From positions 372,001 to 436,000 of the forward strand of contig NW_013657657.1 in assembly GCF_000142905.1 (NCBI RefSeq): a stretch of DNA of 64,000 bases. Direction: 5' to 3'. Positions 11,658 to 23,600 of this stretch are shown piece by piece; positions within the stretch are counted from its first letter, which is position 1, and each line of letters opens with the position of its first letter. The DNA comes from Thecamonas trahens ATCC 50062. Taxonomy: Eukaryota; Protista; Apusomonadida. The notes beneath the pieces were generated by a model. That model saw nothing but the letters and a program-made list of their open reading frames with translations. It was not told where the DNA came from and searched no databases. The position numbers and the translations under genes are program-made.

Positions 11658-14600
11658 ATGTTCAGGTCGTTGTCGCGAAGCAACCTCCGGCGATCGCAAT
11701 CGATCAATGCCTTTGTCAACGCTCTCCGGCAGGCAAACATCAAGCCAACGCACAACTTTATTTTCACCGCTGTGGCAAAGGCCTTTGGCATCTCGGTCTC
11801 GCAGGTGGAAGAGTATGCGCTGACGGGTGCTCATCTCTCGCAGGTCAACCAATTCCTCGCGGCAGATGGTCCGTGGAAGCTCATGTTCTACTTTCAGCCG
11901 CTGGAGACCGGCGCCGCCGATGACGACGCCGACGAGAGCGCTGGCGGGCCGTCGAAGCGGAGCGGTGCACCAACGCTGCGGATCACCGACGGCAAAGACG
12001 AGCCGCTGCGCGGCAAGGCCATTTACTTTCTGCGGATGCGGCAAGTCGAGCTGACTGAGGCCAACATTGCCACAGAGGTGGTGACCGGGCGGATCTCCGG
12101 CGGCGTCGGCCTCCTCTCGTCACTGCAGGAGACGATCGAGCACGTCATGCTTCCTGCACTCTCGGCGCAGGGCATGTGGGGCGAGCTGCCGAACGACTCT
12201 GACAAGATCGAAGCATTCCTGGAGGCGCTGGACAAGTTTGTGACGATGCTCGCCCAGGTCATGTCGTCGCTGGCGCAGGGCGTGACACTGCGGCTGAAGG
12301 CACTACCGATCGAGAACAAGCCGAGTGCCTTTGCCGAGGCTGCTCTCTCGCCAGAGCTTGTGGCCGAGTGCGAGGAGCTCGTGGACGACTGGTGCAAGAA
12401 GATCGACCTCGTACTCGCCGAATCCGAGGTTGTGCGGCGCGAGTCGGACTCGGTCGGGCCGAACAAAGAGCTCGAGCACTGGAAGGCGCGGATGGCCAAG
12501 TTCAACACCATCACCGACCAGCTCAAGCACGAGACGGTCAAGGTGGTCATCGGAACGCTGACGGCGGCCAAGTCGAAGAAGCTCGAGGTGTGGAAGACGC
12601 TTGACAACCGCATCACCGACGCTGCCAACGAGGCCAAGGACAACGTGAAGTACTTGTACACGCTCGAGCGGTTCTCGGAGCCGCTCTACAAGTCGGACCC
12701 CGTGCAGATGGTCGAGGCCATCCCGGGCCTCATCAACGCCATCAAGATGATGCACTCGATCGCGCGGTACTACAACACCAGTGAGCGGATGACTGCGCTC
12801 TTTGTCAAGATCACCAACCAGATGATCACGTGCTGCAAGGAGTACATCCGTGGCGACGGCGAGATCTGGGAGCAGGACCGGTCGACGCTCATCGGCAAGC
12901 TCCAGGCCTGCCTCGCGCTCAAGAAGGCGTACCAGGACGCGTTCCGCCAGACCAAGACTCGGCTCCGGTCGCAGCCCAAGGACAAGCAGTTTGACTTTTC
13001 CGAGATGTACATCTTTGGCAAGTTTGAGCTCTTTTGCAAGCGGGTTAAGAAGCTCATCGACACCTTTATCATCATTGAGCAGTTTTCGGCGCTCGAAAAC
13101 TGCTCCATCGAGGGCATGGGCGAGATTCTGGAGCGGTTCAACACCATTGTCGCCGAGCTGCGGAACAAGCAGTACGACTTGCTCGACCACCGCAAGCTCG
13201 AGTTTGAGGCCGACTTTGTGCTCTTCTACGAGAAGATTGTCGACCTCGAGCGGCTGCTGCAGGAGTTTATCAACGCCGCTTTTGAGCCGATCACCTCGAC
13301 TCAGCGTGCGCTCTCGCTCCTCCGCCAGTTCCAGAGCGTCCTTCTCATGGACTCGCTCCGCGCCGAGCTCGAGAACAAGTACTTGCTCATCTTTGCCAAC
13401 TACGGCCGCGAGCTCGACGTTGTCCGCCGCCTGTACGAGAAGCAAGCCAACGCGCCGCCGATTCCGCGCGACACCCCGCCGGTTGCCGGCGCCATCTCGT
13501 GGGCCCGCCAGCTTCTGCGCCGGATCGAGGAGCCGATGAAGCTCTTCCAGGCCCACCCGCACATTCTGTACACTCTCGAGGCCAAGAAGGTCATCCGGGT
13601 GTACAACAAGCTCGCTCGGGCGCTTGTCGAGTTTGAGACCCTCTACCACGAGTCGTGGATGAACTCGGTTGAGGAGGTCAAGTACGCGCTCAACGCTACG
13701 CTGCTGGTGCGGAACCCGGGCGCCAAGTCGGTCATCCTCGTCAACTTTGACTCGCTCATCCCCAAGCTCATTCGCGAGACCAAGGCCATGCAGCGTATGG
13801 AGCTCGAGGTGCCCGAGACCGCCAAGCTCATCACCATGCAGGAGGCCAAGTTCAAGGCCCACTACAACAACCTGCAGTACATGCTCGAGGAGTACTCGCG
13901 CGTCCGCTCCAAGATCCCCAAGAAGTTCGCCCAGCTCATCGGGCCGCACGTCGAGCTGGTCAAGTCGCGCATCGAGCCTGGCCTGGTGAGCCTTACTTGG
14001 ACCTCGCTCAACATTGACGGCTACCTTGCCGCCATCCACGAGTCACTGGCCCACCTTGAGGACCTCGTCGACAAGATCAACGACATTATCGCCTGCCGCG
14101 TCGACTCTACGCTCGCAAGCATCCGCGCCACCCGCCTCATCGACCTCCCCTCCGAGTCGTCTATCACCATCGAGGCCTTTGCCGACGCTGCCGAGGAAAC
14201 GACGCGGAGCCGCGCCGCAAGCCTTGACTCCAAGGTCGTTCTCGTCGAGTCGGCTGTCCAGGACCTTGTCGCCCTCATCACCCGTGGCTACACCTCGTCG
14301 GACATGGCCAAGGTCGAGGGCTTTATCGACCGCGTCGCGCAAGAGTACGCCAACGCCACGTTTGAGGCCATTGTTGAAGCTGTCAAGGCCTCGATGGAGC
14401 TCATCAAGTCGCGACTTGTTGGGAGCAGCAGCGATGGCAACACTTCGCCCGAGGCCGACGCCGATGGGACTGGGGCTGACGGCGGGGCAGGCAGTGCCGG
14501 GCCGTCGAGCGGCATGTCTGGTGCCAAGACTGTGTCCGGGAGCGGCAGCGGGGTTGCATCCGACGGCAGCGTTCCGCTCTTCAAGCTCTCTGTCGAGCTC

Positions 14601-17600
14601 GAGGTGCCGGAGCTTGTCCTCACGCCGTCGCTCGAGGCTCTCCAGCAGTACATCGACGTGGTGGTGGAGAAGATCAAGGTTGCGTCGGCGCTCATCTACA
14701 CGTGGGGCCAGGAGCGGCCGACCAAGCGCAAGGGTGCGAGCGGCGGCGCCGGCGAGCTCGGCGAGGGTGCTGGCGACGAAGAGAGTGCCGGCAACCGGAC
14801 GCTCAACACGTCACTGACCGGCTCAGTCATCGGCTCGCCGGGCGGGCTCGCTGCGTCGTTTGTGGGCTCGCTCGCCGGTGGTGACGATGCTGGCGGCGAC
14901 GATGCCGGCGTCCTCCGCAACTACTACGAGTCGATTGAGAACCACAAGGAGATTCTCAAGCTCCAGCGCGAGCTCGCGGCTGTCACCTCGCAGCTCAAGA
15001 GCCGGGTCAAGGCCGACCTCTCGCGGTTCTCCAAGTACGCGTTCCTCTGGTCGGAGGACCGCAACGCGACGTACGAGAGGTTCTTGGCGAGCACGCCAGG
15101 CATCGAGGCCTTTGAAAACGAGCTCGGGCGGTACGAGGGCCTGCGGCGCGAGATCGAGGACCTTGCCGCCGTCGTTGTCATCGGCGCGGTGGCACTCGAC
15201 TACGGCGAGCTGAAGCGGGCGCTGAGCTCCGAGGCCGTGGGCTGGAAGCAGTTCTACGGGGACAATCTCAAGATCAAGAGCCACCAGGAGATGAACGAGC
15301 TGGTGGCGTTCTTTGACGAGTCGACGGTCAAGCTCAACCGGCAGCTCAACGACCTCGACGATATCCGGGCGGTCATGGACGTGCTCGCCGAGCTGCGGAA
15401 GGAGGAGACCTCGATCTCGATGAAAATCACGCCCATCGAGGAGACGTACTCGCTCCTCAACCACTACTCGATCCGGTACTCCAAGGAGGAGGCCGACGCG
15501 GCTGACAACCTGCGGTACTCGTGGAAGAAGCTCAAGATGGGCCTGGCCATTGCCAAGCAGGCTGAGCTCTCCAAGCTCCAACCCAAGTTCAAGAAGGAGC
15601 TGCTGCGGTCTGTCGAGGCGTTTGAGGACGACGTCGACGAGTTTGTGGCCGACTACACGCTCAACGGGCCGATGGTGCGAGGCATTTCGCCGCGTGTTGC
15701 GGTGGAGCGTCTCAAGGCGTTCCAGCGGCTGTTTGAGGAGCGTGAGCGGAAGATGACCACGTACCAGGGCGGCGAAGTGCTCTTTGGTCTGCCAGTCCAC
15801 GAGTACCCCAAGCTAGTCAAGATCCGCAAGGAGCTGCGGCTGCTCGAGAGCCTTTACGGCCTGTACTCGGACGTGTTGGTGACCGTGGGTGGGTACGAGG
15901 ACATCATCTGGAGCGAGCTCGACCTCGAGGGCATTCAGCAGCAGATCAAGGGCTTCCAAGACAAGTGCAAGCGACTGCCCAAGGCCATGCGGGAGTGGGA
16001 GGCGTATCTCGAGCTCAAGACCAAGATCGACGACTTTGACCGGCTGCTCCCGCTGCTGGCAGACTTGTCGCACCCCGCGATTCTCTCGCGGCACTGGGAG
16101 GCCATTTCTGAAGTGACCGGGACCAAGTTCAAGGTTGACATGGACACGTTCAAGCTCAAGAACCTGCTCGAGGCGACACTGCTGGAGAACGAGGCCGAGG
16201 TACACGACATCTGCTTTGCCGCCGTCCGTGAGGCCGAGATTGAGACCAAGATCAACGCGCTGCAGGACGAGTGGTCGGACGCGAGCTTTGAGTTTGCCAA
16301 CTTTAAGAAGCGCGGAGCCATCATTCTCAACGGCGAGCGGACGCAGGAGATCATGTCGCAGATCGAGGACTCGCTGATGGTCCTTGCCGGCCTCCTCTCG
16401 TCGCCGTACAACAAGCCGTTCAAGGCAGACATTCTGCTCTGGTCGCAGAAGCTCTCGACGTGCTTCCGCGAGATCGAGAACTGGGTCCACGTCCAATCGC
16501 TGTGGATTTACCTCGAAGCGGTCTTTGTGGGCGGTGACATTGCCAAGGCCATGCCGCTCGAGGCGAAGCGGTTCGCCTCGATCGACAAGTCGTGGGTCAA
16601 GATCATGAACGCGGTGCGGGACAACCCGAACGTGGTCTCGTTTGTGTACTCGGACGAGACGCTCTCGAGCCTCCTCCCGCACCTTGCTGACATGCTGGAG
16701 CTCTGCCGGTCGTCGCTCGCCGGCTACCTCGAGGGCAAGCAGCGGATTTTCCCGCGGTTCTACTTTCTCTCGCACCCGGCCCTGCTCGAAGTGCTTGGCT
16801 CGGCCAACTCCAACTGCCAGGCCGTGCAGCCGCACCTCAAGTCTGTCTTTGCCAACATCCATCGGGTCAAGTTCTCCAAGACCGAGTTCAACCACATTGT
16901 GGGTATGACGTCGGGCGAGGGCGAGTACGTCCCGCTGCGCAAGAGCATGGAGTGCGAGGGCAATGTGGAGAACTGGCTCAACGTCCTCATCTCGCGGATG
17001 AAGGAGACGGTGCGGAGCATTCTGCGGCGCGGTGCGTCGGTCATGGGCTCGATGGACCTTGACGCGTTTGTGATGGAGCACGCGGCGCAGGTTGGCCTCC
17101 TCGGCATTCAGCTCAAGTGGACAGAGACTTGCGAGAAGAGCCTTGGTGAGGCCGCCAAGGGCGACCAGAACGCGATGAAGGCGCGTGACTTTGCCAACTA
17201 CAACGACTTTATGACGCTCGTCACGCTCACGCGCGAAGACCTCGACCGACGCGACCGCGTCAAGGTTGAGACGCTTGTCACCATCTCGTACCATCAGTGG
17301 GACATTTTCAACGAGCTGTTCAAGGCGTACGTGCGGAGCCCGGAAGACTTTGACTGGCTCAAGCAGACCCGCTTCTACTGGCGCGGGGCCGACGCCAACT
17401 GTAAGATCCACATCACTGACGTCGAGTTTGAGTACTGCTACGAGTACCTCGGGTGCACAGATCGGCTGGTCATCACGCCGCTCACGGACCGATGCTACAT
17501 CACTCTCGCACAGGCCATGGGCATGTCGCTCGGCGGCGCGCCGGCCGGCCCGGCTGGAACCGGCAAGACCGAGACTGTGAAGGACATGGGCAAGGCGCTC

Positions 17601-20600
17601 GGCAAGTACGTCGTCGTCTTCAACTGCTCGCCCGAGATGACTTACCAGCAGCTGGAGAAGACCTTCAAGGGTCTCGCCATGTCTGGGTGCTGGGGCGACT
17701 TTGACGAGTTCAACCGCATCAAGCTCCCGGTCCTCTCTGTGGCGGCGCAGCAGATTTCGTCGATTTTTACGGCCAAGCGCGACCAGCTCGACCGCTTTGT
17801 CTTTACCGACGGTGCGCTCACGCCGCTCGACACCGAGTGCTGCATCTTCATCACCATGAACCCGGGCTACGCCGGGCGGCAGGAGCTTCCGGAGAACCTC
17901 AAGCTCCAGTTCCGGACGTGCGCCATGATGGTGCCTGACCGTGACATCATTATGAAGGTCAAGCTTGCTGCGTCGGGCTTCCAGAAGTTCCTCTCGCTTG
18001 CCATCAAGTTCTTCTGGCTCTACAAGCTGTGCGAAGAGCAGCTGTCGGAGCAGATTCACTACGACTTTGGCCTCCGCAACATTCTCTCAGTCCTCCGGAC
18101 CGCTGGTGCGGTCAAGCGCGCGCATCCGGACGACATGGAGGACGACATTCTCCAGCGGGTCTGCCGGTCGATGAACCTCTCCAAGCTCGTCGACGACGAC
18201 TACCAGCTCTTCCTCTCGCTGCTGTCGGACCTGTTCCCGGGCGAGTTTGCGGTCCAGCACGGAGCCAAGGACCTCGACATGTGCATCGACTCGCAGTGTG
18301 AGTCGCTCGGCCTCATCCCGCACCCGAGCTGGAAGCTCAAGCTGTTCCAGCTTGAGGAGACGGCCAAGGTGCGGCACGGCATCATGGTGCTTGGCCCGTC
18401 CGGTGCTGGCAAGACGACGTGCATTTCGGTCCTGCTCGGCGCGCTCAAGGAGACTGGCCTCTCGTACCGCGAGTGGCGGATGAACCCGAAGGCGATCAAG
18501 ACGCAGCAGTACCTAGGCAAGACCGAGACGGCGACCAACGAGTGGAAGGACGGCATTTTCTCGTCGCTCTGGCGCAAGGCCAACAAGATGCTCGAGAAGA
18601 AGAAGGATGAGCATGTGTGGCTCACCATGGACGGACCTGTGGACTCGCTGTGGATCGAGTCGCTTAACACAGTGCTCGACGACAACAAGACGCTGACGCT
18701 GCCTAACGGCGACCGGCTGCCGATGCACCGTAACCTCAAGCTCATTTTCGAGGTCGACTCGCTCGACAACGCGTCGCCGGCTACAGTCTCGCGGTGCGGT
18801 ATGATCTACATGTCGGACACGGCACTCGGGTGGCGACCGGTCCTCGCCTCGTGGCTCAAGAGCCGGGCCGACTACGAGGTTGAAGTCCTCCACGAGCTGT
18901 TTGAGGCGGTGTGGGACGCCGGACAGCTGTTTGTTAGCGAGTCGCTCAATGTGACGATGGTGACGCCGCTCATCAACGCCATTCAGATGGCGCTCAACCT
19001 GCTGACTTCGTCGCTCAAGCGGCCATCAACGGCTGCGGCGCCGAGCGCGGTGCACCTCAACCGGCTCTTTGTTTTTGCCTTTGTGTGGGCGCTTGGTGGC
19101 CTGCTCTCGGAGGAGGAGCGTGTCAAGTTCTCTGCACACTTGTACGAGAACGACGCGTTTGCGACGCTCGACCTGCCGGACATTGGCGCCTTCCGCGACG
19201 CGGCCGACGGTGACACTATCTTTGAGTTTATGGTCCGACCCGGCGGGTCGTGGGCGCACTGGGCCTCGCAGGTGCCCGAGTTTGAGTACCCGGAGGTTGG
19301 CGATGTGCGGTTCCACGACATTCTCGTGCCGACGACCGACTCTGCGCGGCTTGAGTTCCTCACCAATGAGATCATGAAGCAAGGCCTGCATGTCCTGCTG
19401 GTGGGTGAGTCGGGAACGGCCAAGACGGTGACCATTCTGCAGTACATGGCCAAGCAGGATCCGGACAAGTACCTCTCCAAGGTGGTCAACTTTTCGTACG
19501 CGACCGAGACCGACGGGTTCCAGTCTGCCATCGAGGGCTCTGTGCAAAAGGTGCACACGGGCGTGTTTGCGCCGCAGTACGGCAAGAAGATGATGGTGTT
19601 TGTGGACGACATCTCGATGCCCGAGACGAACGAGTGGGGCGACCAGCCGACAAACGAGACGGTGCGGCAGCTGATCGAGGAGCAGGGCCTGTACTCGCTG
19701 GAGAAGCCAGGCGAGTTCCTTAAGATCATCGACCTCCAGTTCCTGGGCGCGATGTTCCACCCGGGCGGCGGACGGAACGACATTCCGTCGCGGCTTAAGC
19801 GGCACTTTGCAGCGTTCAACTGCACGCTGCCGTCGCCGGCGTCTATCGAGCGCATTTTCTCTGTCATTGTGCAGGGCCACTACTCGTACGAGCGCGGGTT
19901 CTCGGGCGAGGTTGTCGAGCTTGCGGGCCAGATGACGAGCCTCACGACGCGGATCTGGAGCCTGACCAAGGCGCGGATGCTGCCGACGCCGGAGCACTTC
20001 CACTACGTGTTCAACCTCCGCGACCTCTCGCGGATCACTGAGGGCCTCATCGACACGCAGAGCGACGTGGTGACGTCGCGGAGCGTGCTGCTCACGCTCT
20101 GGCGCCACGAGTGCGAGCGTGTGCTCAGCGACCGGCTCATCTCGTCGGAGCACCGCAAGTGGTTCGCGGCGACGATCACGTCTGTGGTCTCGGAGGCGTT
20201 TGGGGCGCAGGTGGCGGCCGAAGTCATGTCGCCGTGCTTCTTTGTCGATTTTCTGCGCGACGAGCCGGACATTGACGAGATTGATCTCGATGACCCGAAC
20301 GCCAACTTTGACGCTCCCAAGGTGTATGAGCCGATCAAGAGCATGAAGGCGCTGCGGTCGCGGATCAAGGGCTTCATGGACCAACACAACGAAGAGGTGC
20401 GTGGTTTTGTCCTCGACCTGGTGCTGTTTGAGGACTGCATCAAGCACGTAGTCAAGATCTCGCGCATCATCCGGCGGCCGCGTGGCTGCGCGCTGCTGGT
20501 GGGTGTGGGCGGTAGTGGCAAGCAGTCGGTGACCAAGCTGGCGGCGTACATTGCGGGCCACGAGACGTTCCAACTCCAGATGACGCGGAGCTACAACGTG

Positions 20601-23600
20601 TCCAAGCTGATGGAGGACCTGCAGGTCCTGTACCGCAAGGCCGGTGGCGAAGGCAAGAAGGTCACGTTCATCTTTACGGACAACGACATCAAGGAGGAGC
20701 GGTTCCTCGAGTACATCAACTCGATCCTGACGAGTGGCGATGTGGACGTGATGGCCAAGGACGAGCGCGACTCGATTCTGCTTGAGCTTCGCGAGGTGAT
20801 GAACAAGGAGCGACCGGAGCTGGAGGACAACATGGTGAACCTCAACAAGTTCTTCATCGAGCGTGTGCGGCAGAACCTGCACATTGTGCTCTGCTTCTCG
20901 CCTGTGGGCGAGAAGTTCCGGACGCGGAGTCTCAAGTTCCCGGGCCTTGTTTCTGGAGTGACGATTGACTGGTTTGACCCGTGGCCGCTCAAGGCGCTCA
21001 AGGCAGTGTCGCGGCGGTATCTGGTCGAGTTCCCGATGGTGTGCGAGGCGTCGGTCCGCGAAGCGCTCATCGAGTACATGTCGAACGTGCACTTTTTGGT
21101 GGAGCGGACGTCGAAGCGGTACTTTGAAAAGTACCGCCGCAACGTGTTTGTCACGCCCAAGTCGTACCTCTCATTCCTCTCGTCGTTCCGGGCAGTCTAC
21201 GAGCAGAAGAAGGCCGAGATCGACGCAGAGGACTCGCGGATGAAGATCGGTCTGCAGAAGCTCGAGGCTGCCGAGATTTCGGTCTCGAAGCTCAAGGAGA
21301 AGCTCGATGAGCAAGAGGTGGAGCTTGTCAAGGCGCAGGAGGTGGCGCGCCAGCAGCTCGACAAGATTGTGACCAAGACGGCCGAGGCGAAGAAGGAGAA
21401 GGACAAGGTCAAGGCGGTGAAGGACCAGGTCCTTGTCCAGCAGCAGGAGGCCGAGGCGGCGTCGCAGGCTGCTGACGCGGAGCTTGCCAAGGCGTTGCCG
21501 CATCTCAAGGCTGCAATTGCGGCGCTGGAGGTCATCGACCCAAAGGACATTAACGAGCTGCGGGCGGGTAACCACCCGGTCCACTTTACCAAGCGCGTCC
21601 TCGACTGCGTGCGAATCATGCGGTACCTGGGGATGGAGCCTGTTGAGATGGAAGAGAACGGGAAGATCCGGACCTCGTGGGTGGAGTCGAAGCGGATGAT
21701 GAACAAGAAGGACTTTCTGGACTCGCTGCTCAACTTTCCGCTCACCACGCTCAACGGCGAAATCATCGAGCTCCTCGAGCCGTACTTTGACGACGAGGAG
21801 TTTATGGTGGGCTCGGACCGTGCTGCGACGGTGAACCTGGCGCTGAAGGGCCTGTTTGAGTGGTGCGAGGCTATCATCAAGTACTACCACGTCTCGCGCG
21901 ACATTGAGCCGAAGCAGATGGCGAAGAACAAGGCGCAGAAGCGGCTGCAGCAGGCAAACGAAGAGCTGTCTGACGCGCAGAAGCAGCTCGACGAGAAGGA
22001 GGCTGTTCTCGCGGCGATGCAGGCCAAGTACGACGCGTGCCAGGCGGAGGAGCAGCGGCTGGCGAGCATTGCCGAGAAGACGAAGCGGACGATGACGGCT
22101 GCGCTTGCGCTCATCGACGGGCTTGCCGGCGAGAAGGAGCGGTGGACGGCAAAGAGTCTGACGTTTGGCGACGTGGTGACCAAGCTGGTGGGCGATGTGG
22201 CGGTGGCGACGGCGTTCCTCTCGTACGCGGGACCGTTTATGCAGGAGTACCGGAACCGGCTGGTGAAGCAGTGCCGGAGCGACCTCAAGTCGAGCCACAT
22301 TCCGTTCTCGTCGGAGCTCGACGTGGTCAAGCTGCTGACGGACGACAACGAGGTCGGGCAGTGGAACCTCGAGGGTCTGCCGACGGACGGACAGTCGACG
22401 CAGAATGGCATCATTGTTGTGAACGCGGCGCACATGTACGCGCGGTTCCCGCTCATGATTGACCCGCAGGGCCAGGGGCGGGCTTGGATTCTCAACCACG
22501 AGGCAGCCAACGGGCTCAAGGTGGTGACCTTTGACACGCGTGGGTTCAAGGACACGCTCGAGACGTGCGTGCAGACGGGCGTGCCGCTCCTCATCGAGGA
22601 TGTGGGCAACGAGCTCGACCCGATTCTCGATCCTGTGCTCGAGCGCGGAGTCAAGCTTCCGGGCGCCAAGCACTACATCTGCAAGATTGGTGACAAGGAG
22701 GTTAACTACGCCGAGGGCTTCCGGCTGTACATGACGACGAAGATTGCCAACCCCAAGTACTCGCCCGAGGTGTGCGCCAAGACGGCACTGGTGGACTTTA
22801 CGGTGACGCGGTCAGGGCTGGAGGATCAGCTGCTCGGGCGGGTCATCCGGCACGAGCAGGAGTACCTCGAGACGAAGCGGGCTGCGCTGTTGGAGGAGCT
22901 CAACACGAACAAGCAGCTGATCAAGAGCCTTGAGGACAACCTGCTGGCGAAGCTCTCTCAGACAGAGGGCAACCTTGTGGACGACACGGAGCTCATCAAC
23001 GTGCTCCGCAAGTCGAAGACGACGTCGGAGGAGGTGAAGGAGAAGATTGTGAGCTCTGTGGAGAACGAGCGGATCATCAACCAGGCGCGTGAGCAGTACC
23101 GGCCCGTGGCGACCCGCGGCTCGATCCTGTACTTTATCGTGTCGGAGATGGCCATGGTCGACCACATGTACGAGACCTCGCTGGCGCAGTTCCTCAACGT
23201 GTTCGACGAGTCGATGGTGCGTGCGGCGCAGACGCAGCTCGCGGCGCAGCGGATCTCGAACATCATCGAGGAGCTGACGTACTCGACGTTTACCTTTATG
23301 ACGCGCGGGCTGTTTGAGGAGCACAAGCTGCTGTTCCTCCTTCAGTGCGCGCTCAAGATTGATCTCGAGGCGCGCGAGATTGACGGGCTGGAGTACCGGA
23401 CGTTTGTCAAGGGTGGGGCGAGTCTTGATCCAAAGACGGGCAAGGCGAACCCGGATCCGAGCGACATTCCGGAGGATGTGTGGCTCAACCTTCGTGCGCT
23501 GCACGAGATCCCGATTTTCCACAACATTCTCGAGCAGATTGAGAACAACGTGGCCGGGTGGAAGGCGTGGTACAACAAGGCAGAGCCCGAGAAGGAGGTT

